IMG/VR virus record: IMGVR_UViG_3300042731_005935
Coordinates: 1-64,000 of that record
From: a virus
Length of the DNA stretch: 64,000 nt
Strand: one strand, 5' to 3'
In this document: positions 17,872-27,969 of the stretch, one piece after another
Layout of the letters: every line of letters begins with the position of its first letter
Position numbering within the stretch: position 1 is the first letter of the stretch
Notes under the pieces: model-generated
Seen by the model: only the letters and a program-made list of their open reading frames with translations
What the model was told of the DNA's origin: nothing
Database searches by the model: none
Position numbers and translations under genes: made by a program

Positions 17872-18320
17872 TGGCCGCCAATTCAATACGCGAACGCTTA
17901 ATTCTTGCTGATAAGGCAATCCTTGATGAATTGTCTTTCATCAAGACGGTGGAGAGGAGACTTCCATCATATAAAGACTTGCAAAATTTCGCACTCACGC
18001 AACTGCCTGTAGCAGCAATTGTCGGACGTATACCGAAACCGACCAACAAGGTGAGTAGTCGAACAGGTCAGGTGGATCAGATCCTTTCGGAACTTCGTGT
18101 GGATATCTATGTTTTTCTCCAAGAAAATGAATCTGCGGACTCGGCAATATCGAGCTACTTGGATGATTTGTGGCCGCAACTTTACGCCGACCCGACACGT
18201 GGTAGACTTTGCATGTTTACTACCCTTGAAGCAACGGAGAATACAGAGACGTGGCCGCCATTCGTAGCATTTCAATTAACTTGTGTTCATAACTACCAAC
18301 ATTCAACCGGAGGAATTTAA
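17871..18320 (+). CDS. Tail terminator/completion protein
   Basis: Size and position directly before the tail tube gene. Confidence 0.65.
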   Translation: MAANSIRERLILADKAILDELSFIKTVERRLPSYKDLQNFALTQLPVAAIVGRIPKPTNKVSSRTGQVDQILSELRVDIYVFLQENESADSAISSYLDDLWPQLYADPTRGRLCMFTTLEATENTETWPPFVAFQLTCVHNYQHSTGGI

Positions 18321-18323
18321 AAG

Positions 18324-18902
18324 ATGACCGAAGCCCACAGTACCTCATTGTATTCACCAGCAGGGCGAGGTATCCTCTATATTGCGGAGTGGAGTGGAAC
18401 TACTCCTCCGACGGATCCCGACGATTACACTGAAGTCGGTAACTGTCCGTCGCTTGAAGCGGAGCCTACTATTGAACGCCGCCCGCATTATTCTAGCCGT
18501 TCTGGTCTCCGTACCCGCGACCTTAACCCGGTCGTGCAAACGGAGTATAATATCACCTTTGAGTGTGACGAAATGTCCGCCAAGAACCTTGCACGGTTTT
18601 TCTTGGGCACTCTAAATGCTTCAACCAAGGTGATCGCTGGTCTTCAGAGCGCGGATAAAGAGTATGCCTTGAAGTTCGTTTCCGACAACCCGATCGGGCC
18701 CAACCAGATTTTTTACTACTGGAGAGTAACACTGGGGCCCAACGGACCGCTGCAACTTATCGGCGATGAATACCTGATAATGTCGTTCACGGGAGAGGGC
18801 TTGAGCGATAGTGCCAATCATGCTTCCAGCCCGTATTTTGATATTAAATATGTGACGACAACTACCACAACTACCACAACTACCACAACTACCACAGAGT
18901 AA
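18324..18902 (+). CDS. Major tail tube protein with C-terminal poly-Thr14
   Basis: 'EVGNCPSLE...HYSSRSG' tube motif; position before the chaperone and TMP. Confidence 0.85.
   Translation: MTEAHSTSLYSPAGRGILYIAEWSGTTPPTDPDDYTEVGNCPSLEAEPTIERRPHYSSRSGLRTRDLNPVVQTEYNITFECDEMSAKNLARFFLGTLNASTKVIAGLQSADKEYALKFVSDNPIGPNQIFYYWRVTLGPNGPLQLIGDEYLIMSFTGEGLSDSANHASSPYFDIKYVTTTTTTTTTTTTTTE
18861..18896 (+). repeat. (ACTACCACA)x4 perfect tandem repeat encoding poly-Thr
   Basis: Read directly from the sequence. Confidence 0.95.
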
Positions 18903-18929
18903 TTGTGTGGTATAGCAAAGGAAACGCCA

Positions 18930-19376
18930 ATGCCGAGGAAAAGAGAAGTCGTGAAAATCGACGACAAGGAGTATACCATTAAAGAACTAACCGTCGGGGA
19001 GATTATCAATATCACCCAAGGGTCGGTGTTTTTTAGTGGTCCGCTGAAAGGTAACGGTGTTGGAGACAAAGATAAGTCCAAAAAAGGAGATGAAGCAAAA
19101 GGAAAGAAATCCGAAAACCTGACTGATGAAATCACTGATATTATGTCTGATTTCAAAAGATTAATGAAGACCTGTTGTGATTTCGGTCCGGAAGACTTGG
19201 TTAAGTTGACTCCTTCTCAAATTCGCGAAATTTACGATGGTTTCAAAAAAGTGAATTCGGATTTTTTATCTTCGTTAAAAGCACTGGGGGTGGCGGAAGC
19301 CCTGGTAAATATCAGGGACGTAGCTCTCAATCGCTTTTCAAAAATGCTTGTCACCTTGTTGAATCAGGACATGTAA
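18930..19376 (+). CDS. Tail assembly chaperone (gpG-like)
   Basis: Between tail tube and TMP; 'IKELTVGEII'. Confidence 0.8.
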   Translation: MPRKREVVKIDDKEYTIKELTVGEIINITQGSVFFSGPLKGNGVGDKDKSKKGDEAKGKKSENLTDEITDIMSDFKRLMKTCCDFGPEDLVKLTPSQIREIYDGFKKVNSDFLSSLKALGVAEALVNIRDVALNRFSKMLVTLLNQDM

Positions 19377-19528
19377 ATGTCTTCCAATACGGCTTTTCAT
19401 TTTTTCTCCAAGCGTTGAATGAGCATCAAATTATTTCCAACATTCAACGAAAAAACATGGCTATTGCCATGCGGGTTGCCCGATGGGCGTCTGATAGAGA
19501 ATGGAAGAAATTCATGAAAAGGAAGTAA
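19262..19528 (+). CDS. -1 frameshift extension of the tail assembly chaperone (gpGT-like)
   Basis: Slippery T TTT TTA at 19262-19268. The -1 frame is open to TAA 19526-19528, just before the TMP ATG (...LVESGHVNVFQYGFSFFLQALNEH...). Confidence 0.75.
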   Translation, partial: FFIFVKSTGGGGSPGKYQGRSSQSLFKNACHLVESGHVNVFQYGFSFFLQALNEHQIISNIQRKNMAIAMRVARWASDREWKKFMKRK

Positions 19529-19529
19529 A

Positions 19530-22500
19530 ATGACCGAACGACTGGATATAATAGTCCGGATTAGAGATGCCGCCCAAGCTGGAGTGCGGTCGGTTAAAAA
19601 GGGTCTTGCAGGAATCGGAAGTACTGCTTCAGCAACAACTGGAGCAATCCGTGGAATGTATGGACAACTTGCAGCCGTCACCGCACTCTTTGCCGGTGGA
19701 GCATTTCTTGGCAGCGCCGTCAAAACTTTTACCCAGTTTGATGATGTAATGAGGCAAGCTGGTGCTGTAACAAATGCCACCAAGGGAGAAATGGAGGCGA
19801 TGACGGAGCAGGCAAAAGAAATGGGTAAGACAACTCGTTTTACTGCTTCCGATGCTGCCAATGGTTTGCGTTTGCTCGGTATGGCGGGGTTTGAAGCCAG
19901 TGAATCTACCGCAGCACTTCCTGGAGTACTTAATCTCGCTGCCGCTGGTAGTATTGATCTTGGAACTGCGGCAGATATTGCAACGAATGTCTTGGCTGGC
20001 TTTGGTTTAGAAGTGGAGAATTTAGGTCAGGTTAATGATGTTCTGGTTCAAACTTTTACTTCTTCAAACACTACCATCACCGAACTTGGCGAAGCGTTTA
20101 AACTTGTTGGCCCAATTGCAAAAGGTGTTGGATCAAATTTTGAAGACTTATTCGCCGCGATTGGAAAGTTAGGTGATGCAGGTCTGAAAGGAACACTTGC
20201 CGGTACAGCATTAAGAGGAGCAATCAACGCCCTATTGAATCCAACCAAAGAAGAAGAGAAATTAATGGAAGGATTGCAAAAACGTCTTGGCGGAGTTGCT
20301 CTAAAAGTCAAAGATGCCGAAGGAAATTTTATTGGCTTTACTTCGATTATCAAGCAATTGGAGGATGCTGGCTTAAAAGGAGATGAAGCCCTCAAGCTTT
20401 TTGGATTGAGGGCTGGGCCAGGTATGGCAGCATTATTAAACCAGGGCTCGGAAGCACTTGCAGAACTTGAACGTAAAATAAATAATGCTGGTGGAGTAAG
20501 TGAAGAAATTGCTGATAAGATGGAGTCAGGAATCGGTGGTGCGGCACGTGAGGCGGCCGCAGCATTTGAGGCGGTAAAGATTGCTATCGGAGAAGCATTT
20601 TCGGAAGATATTATTAAGGCAATTAGAGGGTTCCGCGATCGGATGCTTGAGGTTATTGATATTATCAAGCAATTAAAAAAAGAAGGAACCCTTAAAGCAT
20701 ATGTTGACGCGGTGTCCGCAACATTAAATTTTCTTGGCAGGAGAATTGAAGAAATTACAACCGGATTTAAGGAACTTACCAAGGTTATAGTTGCGGGAAT
20801 TGCTGCAATAAATGGAGATTTAGGAATAGCAAAGGAGGCATTAAAAGATATTGGGTCTGATTTCGATAGACTTCTTGTTAAGAGGGGTTTACTTGAATCA
20901 CAAACCAAGAGAGAGTCAATGGCAATAAAGGAGCAAATTAATGCCATTCAAAATCAAATTGTTATCTCTGAAAAGAAAATAGAGCAGGATAAAGAGGATC
21001 TGAACGGTTGGAGGGCCAAAATTGCAGGTTCCAAAGTTTATCAGAAACAACTTGAAAAACACCAAAGGCAGTTACAATCATTATATGATGAGCTTGACAA
21101 ACTTAATAAGAAGAAAACACAAATTGATGTTAAATTAAATATTGAACAAATAAAAGAGGAAGGGGAGTATATTGATTATTGGGCAAGAAGTGTTGGTAAA
21201 AAATTAGAAGAAGAGTCAAAGCCAAGCGGTCCGATTGGAACCGGCGGGAAGAAAGTTGCAGAGACAATTGCGGAGTCAATTGTTCCTGATTCTCCAACAA
21301 TGGAAGCATTAATGAAAGCCGGTCTCACCAAACTCACTGCTACACTTCAGACAGAAGCAGCAAAGATTGAAGGCCAGTATGACCAGAATTTGATTTCTCT
21401 TGATGAATATTTCAATCAAAGGCGAACATTGATTGAGAGGAGAATTCAACAGGAACTCGCTCTCCTTAGAGCCCAGGCGGAATCGGAGACTGATACCGAC
21501 AAACGTGCCTTAATTAATGCTCAGATATTCGCCAAAGAGCAACAACTCCAAACAGCCTTACTCCAGTTGGAGAATGAACGCTATGAGGAACAAGATCGAT
21601 TAAAACAAGATCAACTCCGAAAAGAGGATCAACTCAATAACCTCCGGTTAAAAGCAGAGAAGGCATTTCAGGATCAAAAGGCTCGGGTTGCTGGTGGTCC
21701 TTCGTTTGGTCTTGAAGCTACATTCTTGGAAGAACAAGCAAAACTCCAGCAGCGTCAGAATGCGGAACTTGCAGCAATCCAAGAATTTTATTCCCAAAAA
21801 CTCCAATTACTCCGGGAGAATAAAGCTGCCGAAGCTGAAATCGAAGCAGCTTTTCAGGAACAGAAGGCTTCAATTGAAGAACAACACAGGTTACAACAGA
21901 AGGAGAAGATTAGATTAACGCAAGACCAGGAACAACGCCTGGCCGAATATAGACTCAACAATATTGCTCAGACAGCGCAAGGAGTCTCCCAAATCTTCAC
22001 CCAATTGTATCAGTTAACTGGGAAGAAACAGAAAGAATTCTTTTACATTGCCAAAGCGGCAGCAATCGCAGAGGCAACCATAAATGTAGCACAAGGTGTT
22101 ACTAAAGCTTTAGCGCAGGGTGGCTTCTTTGGAATTATTACGGGTACTCTTGTCGCAGCCGCAGGCGCAATTCAGATTGCTACAATTGCAAATCAGAGCC
22201 TTGCTGAGGGTGGCCTTGTTGCTGGTAAATCTCCAACGAAATCTTCGGATGATAAATTGATTAATGCAACATCTGGAGAATTTATGCAGCCGGTTGATGC
22301 AGTGAATTATTATGGTCTCGGTGTTATGGAAGCAATGCGCCGAAAATCAATTCCTAAAGGAATCTTTGATGGATTTTCTATGCCTGGGGTTCGATACGGA
22401 ACGAGCCACTTTGCAGAGGGTGGAGCAGTTAAAGCACAAAACAGTGGTATTGGAGATACCAAGAATGATACGAAAAAAGGACAACAAACAAATATTGTAA

Positions 22501-22625
22501 ACGTACTTGATCCGGCTGTGTTTGAGCAGTGGTCAAGCAGTACTCCCGGCCAGCGCAATATTTTGAATGTATTGTCTCAAAATATCTTCGAAGTCAGGCA
22601 GATGGTTTTTGATAACCAAAGTTAA
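19530..22625 (+). CDS. Tape measure protein
   Basis: 1031 aa, Ala/Gly-rich, TP901-type core 'GKTTRFTASDAA..LGMAGF'. Confidence 0.95.
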   Translation: MTERLDIIVRIRDAAQAGVRSVKKGLAGIGSTASATTGAIRGMYGQLAAVTALFAGGAFLGSAVKTFTQFDDVMRQAGAVTNATKGEMEAMTEQAKEMGKTTRFTASDAANGLRLLGMAGFEASESTAALPGVLNLAAAGSIDLGTAADIATNVLAGFGLEVENLGQVNDVLVQTFTSSNTTITELGEAFKLVGPIAKGVGSNFEDLFAAIGKLGDAGLKGTLAGTALRGAINALLNPTKEEEKLMEGLQKRLGGVALKVKDAEGNFIGFTSIIKQLEDAGLKGDEALKLFGLRAGPGMAALLNQGSEALAELERKINNAGGVSEEIADKMESGIGGAAREAAAAFEAVKIAIGEAFSEDIIKAIRGFRDRMLEVIDIIKQLKKEGTLKAYVDAVSATLNFLGRRIEEITTGFKELTKVIVAGIAAINGDLGIAKEALKDIGSDFDRLLVKRGLLESQTKRESMAIKEQINAIQNQIVISEKKIEQDKEDLNGWRAKIAGSKVYQKQLEKHQRQLQSLYDELDKLNKKKTQIDVKLNIEQIKEEGEYIDYWARSVGKKLEEESKPSGPIGTGGKKVAETIAESIVPDSPTMEALMKAGLTKLTATLQTEAAKIEGQYDQNLISLDEYFNQRRTLIERRIQQELALLRAQAESETDTDKRALINAQIFAKEQQLQTALLQLENERYEEQDRLKQDQLRKEDQLNNLRLKAEKAFQDQKARVAGGPSFGLEATFLEEQAKLQQRQNAELAAIQEFYSQKLQLLRENKAAEAEIEAAFQEQKASIEEQHRLQQKEKIRLTQDQEQRLAEYRLNNIAQTAQGVSQIFTQLYQLTGKKQKEFFYIAKAAAIAEATINVAQGVTKALAQGGFFGIITGTLVAAAGAIQIATIANQSLAEGGLVAGKSPTKSSDDKLINATSGEFMQPVDAVNYYGLGVMEAMRRKSIPKGIFDGFSMPGVRYGTSHFAEGGAVKAQNSGIGDTKNDTKKGQQTNIVNVLDPAVFEQWSSSTPGQRNILNVLSQNIFEVRQMVFDNQS

Positions 22626-22635
22626 GGAGTAAATT

Positions 22636-23949
22636 ATGCCTTTAAATGGAGCAATTCAGACAGGAACAGTCACCAGTTTCTCCGGTGCAAACGGACTTTT
22701 GCAGGCTTTGTTGGATTTTGTGGCTGGAACAAAAGTAACAGGAGCAACAACGACTGGTTCTGGCTCAGGACCATACACGGCAACCTTGACCACTACTGTT
22801 GGTTTAGGATCTGTTATCATCAATTATACAGTTGGCGGGATAGATTTCGAGGCACAAGATGATGGTGCGAACGGCTTAAATGATGCAACAGATGGATATA
22901 TCTCTTCAGGATCGATTGATTATGGAACCGGAGCGTTTACAGTAACTTTTACCACAACACCAGATGCAAATCCAACAATTGATTATGTACACGGAGATGA
23001 TGGTCAGGACTGGGAAATTAAATATCAACGTAATACGAGAGATAGCGATAAGTTAACACCAGAGGAGCCATTCGGAAGTGATTGTGAGGAGGTTATTCTA
23101 CACAACCGTGGACTATCTGGTGCTGAGAATGTTCTGATTGGTATCCGTGAATGGAAGTATGTTGCTGGCGCTGCATATGGTTGGGATCTTACTGGCTATC
23201 AGGCATACACGGATGGGATGTATTGGGGAAAGACAATCATTGATGATTTGTCTCTTGATTATGATTCATTATGGGATCATTTTGATGATACTCCAATCCT
23301 CCCGCTCATTGATGATACAATGTACTACTGGTTTTATAGTAACCGTCAGCGCATAGTTGTTATAGTAAAAGTACAGAGCAATTATGAATGTTGTTACATG
23401 GGTTTCGCAAACCGCTTCGGGAATCCAGAAGATTATCCATATCCGCTTGTTATTAAGGGTTGTGGATATGGTAATATCAACAACACAAGTACTTCACAAA
23501 GTAACCATTCATATATACCGTATGGACCATCTAATGGAACAGAAATGCTCCATAATGTTCTTCCTAACAATGCTTGGAGTATAAACTGGGGAACAGGATC
23601 GACCTACTTTGCAACATGGCTGTTCCCAACGGCGAATTGGGCAGATACAGGACAGATGTACGAGGCTCCGGCTAAGAAGGAAGTAATGATGACTCCTGTT
23701 ATTGGTATGAATGCGCTAATAAATGCTGGACTTTGGGAACTGGATGGAGTATATCATGTTTCCGGTATCGGTGTCCAATCCGAAGACTACATTCGGGCGC
23801 ATGATGGAATAAAGTACCGGGCTTTTCAGGATATTGCCAGAATAGAATACGACGATTGGATGGGTGTGGCAGAAATAGAATTTACTACCACAAGCACTTC
23901 TACAACCACAACAACTACTACATCAAGTACCACAACAACTACAGTATAG
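22636..23949 (+). CDS. Tail structural protein with Thr/Ser C-terminal tail
   Basis: Follows the TMP; ends TTTSTSTTTTTTTSSTTTTTV. Confidence 0.8.
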   Translation: MPLNGAIQTGTVTSFSGANGLLQALLDFVAGTKVTGATTTGSGSGPYTATLTTTVGLGSVIINYTVGGIDFEAQDDGANGLNDATDGYISSGSIDYGTGAFTVTFTTTPDANPTIDYVHGDDGQDWEIKYQRNTRDSDKLTPEEPFGSDCEEVILHNRGLSGAENVLIGIREWKYVAGAAYGWDLTGYQAYTDGMYWGKTIIDDLSLDYDSLWDHFDDTPILPLIDDTMYYWFYSNRQRIVVIVKVQSNYECCYMGFANRFGNPEDYPYPLVIKGCGYGNINNTSTSQSNHSYIPYGPSNGTEMLHNVLPNNAWSINWGTGSTYFATWLFPTANWADTGQMYEAPAKKEVMMTPVIGMNALINAGLWELDGVYHVSGIGVQSEDYIRAHDGIKYRAFQDIARIEYDDWMGVAEIEFTTTSTSTTTTTTTSSTTTTTV

Positions 23950-23961
23950 GAGAAGCGAGTC

Positions 23962-24903
23962 ATGCCGTATGTACTTTCAGAATCAATACACTATAATCCG
24001 ACTGATACAAAAGAAGCTATTGACTACATACGCCAGTTTGCCTTATCCGTTGGGTGGACCGTAGATACATGGGTTACCGGAGAGCCGACGCAATTACAAT
24101 TGTGGTCTCCTGGTTATGTTGCACAAGAACTTTGCTACCGAATCCAGGTAGTGGATGTTGATGCTCAGGAGCAAACATTATCATTGAAGGGGGTTGTGCC
24201 CGGGTATCGTTCAACAAGTTTTTCAGTTACAGACTCAGTATCTACCTGGGGTGGTAACAGTACATCATATTACAACACCTCTCTTACAGCCTCTTTTTTT
24301 GATGCGTTATATTTGTATGGTAATAAGCATTTTATTTGCGCTATTTTCCATGTAGATCCGATTGCTGTGATTACTCTTCAGATTGGTTCATGGGATCTTT
24401 ATCCAAGTTGGTGGTATTATAGCCCTGGTATAAACTTTGTATACAACCCACAGGATAATTGGGGGTCTTCCTCTACATATAAATGGTATAATATGACAAG
24501 TAATCCGACTCGTTGGGCACCACCAATGTCCCAGAGATGGTCTATTTCGTTAGGGTCCAATGTGTGGTATGAAGGAGCAAAGAGAGGATCATCAGATTAT
24601 GCTTGTAACTACAGGCCAGCAGCCGATATTTCTCTTGGTTTAGAAGCAGGAGAATTTAATCGAGCGAAAGGAATCTTAACCTATAATAGTTATACAGCAA
24701 AGAGGATGGCTTTTCAATCATCCTTCTTTGTTAGAAACCCATCACTTGGTATTTGGTACCCAGTTGGTGTTAGTCCATTTGCATGGATAAATGGTAGGAA
24801 CCTGACTATTGGAGAAGTAGTTAAGTTTGGAGCAGATGAATACAGATGCTTCCCAGGGGTATTCAGTACTTATGAACACTGGCAAGCGTATAGGATTGCA
24901 TAA
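23962..24903 (+). CDS. Tail/virion structural protein
   Basis: Synteny; aromatic, beta-rich composition. Confidence 0.7.
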   Translation: MPYVLSESIHYNPTDTKEAIDYIRQFALSVGWTVDTWVTGEPTQLQLWSPGYVAQELCYRIQVVDVDAQEQTLSLKGVVPGYRSTSFSVTDSVSTWGGNSTSYYNTSLTASFFDALYLYGNKHFICAIFHVDPIAVITLQIGSWDLYPSWWYYSPGINFVYNPQDNWGSSSTYKWYNMTSNPTRWAPPMSQRWSISLGSNVWYEGAKRGSSDYACNYRPAADISLGLEAGEFNRAKGILTYNSYTAKRMAFQSSFFVRNPSLGIWYPVGVSPFAWINGRNLTIGEVVKFGADEYRCFPGVFSTYEHWQAYRIA

Positions 24904-26003
24904 TGGCAAATGATGGAGCTATAAACTCAATAATCAATGGGATTGAACGCACTATTGTTCGGAAGAATTATGAGCAGCAGTATGCTGATAGAACACCTGT
25001 GCTTCAAAATCCAATTGTTAATAAGATCTGTGCCGTGTATACAACAATAGGAGAATCTGAGAAGAGAAGACAAACTCCTGTCATAACACCAGCTCAGGAC
25101 AATCATGCTGGGCTATTTTCTACAGACCCTGGCGGAGGCTTTTTCTTTGAGAGGGTTTGGGTAGAACCCTTGCTTTTTGCTTTACAATTTATTACAGAAG
25201 ATAACGAATATGAAATCAAGATCTGGAACGCATACCGTTCAAAGAATGTTCAAACCACTTCTGTTATCGTTCTAAATCAGGAAGGTACTAATTTAACATA
25301 TCCTACACTTCCTGATACAATTAATATTTTTGGTGATACAATTTACACACTTGACGTCTATGGAGATGGACCACCGCTACAGGACACTTCTTATACCCTT
25401 ACTATTGACGGTGAGGAATATGTAATTGAAATAACTGGCATTCGGATCATTCCATTTGATCTTGATCCGAATTGGGATGAAAATTTGCAATTTACATATG
25501 ATTTTGCTACAACCATCTGGTCAAATGATAGATTCACGGAACAACGGAGACCTTTGAGCCGAGAAAGTTGGTTTACAATGGTTGCATCTTTTGACGCTTC
25601 TGGTGCCCGTAATCGGAAGGTGATGAATCTTCTTGGATATGGAAAAGATAAAGTATTTGGTATTCCAGTCTTTACAGAGAAGATGACGCCAGTGTCAGCG
25701 GCGGCTGAATCTTCAACTATAATAGTAAATGAAGATTTTACATACTTCTACAATTTAAAGAGTCGGGCTGGATATATTATCATTGTTGATCATAATGTAG
25801 GGCAAGCGGAGATTAAAGTGATATCGAGCCTAACAGGAACAAACCAGATTGACCTAACCCAGCCGATCTCCGCAACATTTGATTTGAAGTATACATATAT
25901 ATATCCATGCATGTTTGTTATCATTAATTCATTTTCAGGCAATAATATTACGGATGATTTTGATAATGTGAAGATAAACTTTAAGGAGTTTAAAAGTGGT
26001 TGA
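24903..26003 (+). CDS. Tail/virion structural protein
   Basis: 'IKIWNAY', 'PNW...TEQRR' pattern of distal tail proteins; synteny. Confidence 0.7.
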   Translation: MANDGAINSIINGIERTIVRKNYEQQYADRTPVLQNPIVNKICAVYTTIGESEKRRQTPVITPAQDNHAGLFSTDPGGGFFFERVWVEPLLFALQFITEDNEYEIKIWNAYRSKNVQTTSVIVLNQEGTNLTYPTLPDTINIFGDTIYTLDVYGDGPPLQDTSYTLTIDGEEYVIEITGIRIIPFDLDPNWDENLQFTYDFATTIWSNDRFTEQRRPLSRESWFTMVASFDASGARNRKVMNLLGYGKDKVFGIPVFTEKMTPVSAAAESSTIIVNEDFTYFYNLKSRAGYIIIVDHNVGQAEIKVISSLTGTNQIDLTQPISATFDLKYTYIYPCMFVIINSFSGNNITDDFDNVKINFKEFKSG

Positions 26004-26634
26004 TAGTCTTCTTGACATCGGTGGTGAACCTGAATTCCCACTATCCATTGATTGGAGTAGCCAGCCTAGTTATAATTTTCAAATCAGCAGGTACCTATTC
26101 GAAGGGCGCGGAACAGCATCTAAGATTGAGGAGAAAAACCCGGAGACACCAATTAGCTTTGAAGCAAAGTTTTATGTTGGGGACCGTGAGACTGAATATG
26201 CTTTTCTGGACTTTATTCATACAACTGTTGGAAGAACAAACCGCTTTTGGCTTAGATATCCAAAACAGTCGTTTATCCCAACGGAAGGACTTTCAAACGG
26301 TTCTATGATTTTAAAGGTTGAACCAAATAATTTTGATCTATTTCACGTTGGACATGAACGGATATATATCCAAACAATTTATGGGGATACAATAACAAGG
26401 CATGTTAGTAATGCGACTTATGATGCAACATTTGATGAAATAAGTCTCCAGTTGCTAACTGCAATTGATAGAGATATCTCCTTGGATGAATTCTTAATAA
26501 TTGGGAGATACTTGCTTGTAAGGTTTGATCACGATGACTTTAACATAAATGTTTTAACTGAGGATAAATTTGACTTCTCATTAAAGTTTATTGAATTAAT
26601 AAGAGATTATTCGGATCTTGCGGCTAATCCATAG
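25996..26634 (+). CDS. Distal tail protein-like
   Basis: 'GRTNRFWL', 'LVRFDHD'; position before the hub gene. Confidence 0.6.
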   Translation: MVDSLLDIGGEPEFPLSIDWSSQPSYNFQISRYLFEGRGTASKIEEKNPETPISFEAKFYVGDRETEYAFLDFIHTTVGRTNRFWLRYPKQSFIPTEGLSNGSMILKVEPNNFDLFHVGHERIYIQTIYGDTITRHVSNATYDATFDEISLQLLTAIDRDISLDEFLIIGRYLLVRFDHDDFNINVLTEDKFDFSLKFIELIRDYSDLAANP

Positions 26635-26643
26635 GAGTAGAAA

Positions 26644-27453
26644 ATGGCAGAGTATGAAGAAAATTTAGAAGCTGTACAACAATCTCCAGTACCTGAGTTT
26701 TTTCTATTCAATGCGTCAGGAACCGTTGAAAGATATACATCATACTCCTCTTCTCTTACGTTCCTTGGACAGTATTGGGCGGCTGCATCTATAACCCGTG
26801 GTGGTATTAAGCAAGATTTAAACTTTGGTGTGACAACACTTAACATTACTACTCCGATCACGCCAAATATTGCAAAGTACATCCCGAATCAGCCGGTTGA
26901 ACCGGTAGATGTGACAATCTACCGTAGCCATATTGATTACCTTGACCAGTATGATATTTTTTTCAGAGGTAAGGTTAAATATGTTCAGTTGAAAGGGAAA
27001 CTGGCATCGGCTCAATGTGAGGCAAAGAATAAGTATATGGCAACGAAGATTCCAAATATTATCTACCAGTCAAATTGTAACCATGATATATATGATGATG
27101 GATGCGGAGTTGACGAATTTGCATACCGTCGAACTGCGAACGTATCAAATATTGTTGGTAGTAAATTGTATTTCTCCTTCACAGATGGTGGTAGCCCTGT
27201 CTCCACCGGATACTTCACAGGTGGAAAAGTTAAATATGGCAATGATCTCCGGTTCATAACCTATGCAACTAATACATATCTTGATCTCCATATTCCGTTT
27301 GATAGTAAAGTTGCAATTGGTACAGAAGTTTATATATATCCTGGTTGTGATGGCAATCCTGCCACATGCGTTGGAAGATATAACAATTTGAATAACTTCT
27401 TGGGAATGCCATATATTCCTGAGACAAACCCGGTAATCTGGGGGTTTAAATAA
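26644..27453 (+). CDS. Tail tip/hub protein (DUF2163/BR0599-like)
   Basis: 'YQSNCNHDIYDDGC' and 'PGCDGNPATCVGRYNNLNNFLGMPYIP' Cys motif. Confidence 0.88.
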   Translation: MAEYEENLEAVQQSPVPEFFLFNASGTVERYTSYSSSLTFLGQYWAAASITRGGIKQDLNFGVTTLNITTPITPNIAKYIPNQPVEPVDVTIYRSHIDYLDQYDIFFRGKVKYVQLKGKLASAQCEAKNKYMATKIPNIIYQSNCNHDIYDDGCGVDEFAYRRTANVSNIVGSKLYFSFTDGGSPVSTGYFTGGKVKYGNDLRFITYATNTYLDLHIPFDSKVAIGTEVYIYPGCDGNPATCVGRYNNLNNFLGMPYIPETNPVIWGFK

Positions 27454-27968
27454 TGTGGACGCCTTATTTTAATGATGATGCCATCTGGAAGAAGTATAGG
27501 GATGAAGTATTGTCCTGGGAAGGTACGCCGTATAAGCATTTGAAAATGGTAAAGGGAAGGGGAGCCGATTGTACAATGTTTATTGGGGCTCAATGGTTGT
27601 ATATGGGTATCCTTAAGCAGGTGGAGTATGACTACTATCCGAAGGACTGGTACATCCATAAACCAACAGAGTTCGTCATTCAACAATTACACTACCATTG
27701 GCAGAATTACTCAGCACCGGGTTTTGACATTTTGAAGATAGACACCCGTTATGAGAAAGACTTCATAAGAGGAGATGTGCTTTGTTTTGCTCTATCTACA
27801 ACCGGAGTGACGAACCATGCAACAATTTGGTTTGGGTATTTTGATGAGACGAGGCAGCGCCGGCAAATGTATAATTCAATAAATGGTCATGGAGTCTGCA
27901 GAATGACATATGGTAGTTTTTGGAGAGATAAACTGACAACTATTTTCAGGGTGATGAGGGACGTATAA
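27453..27968 (+). CDS. NlpC/P60 family tail protein
   Basis: 'WEGTPY...GADC' plus a His; canonical position after the hub gene. Confidence 0.88.
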   Translation: MWTPYFNDDAIWKKYRDEVLSWEGTPYKHLKMVKGRGADCTMFIGAQWLYMGILKQVEYDYYPKDWYIHKPTEFVIQQLHYHWQNYSAPGFDILKIDTRYEKDFIRGDVLCFALSTTGVTNHATIWFGYFDETRQRRQMYNSINGHGVCRMTYGSFWRDKLTTIFRVMRDV

Positions 27969-27969
27969 G

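Noticed and set aside
20048-20947. 299-aa antisense ORF inside the tape measure gene
   Set aside because: Shadow ORF from biased codon usage of the Ala/Gly/Glu-rich TMP.
9665-26644. Genome-wide TAG (or TGA) stop-codon reassignment, suggested by several stops followed in frame by the next gene (9667, 16475, 23949, 26634)
   Set aside because: Long genes are intact under code 11. Several of these TAGs overlap the next gene's RBS (TAGGAG/TAGGTG), and TGA is used in normal ATGA overlaps.
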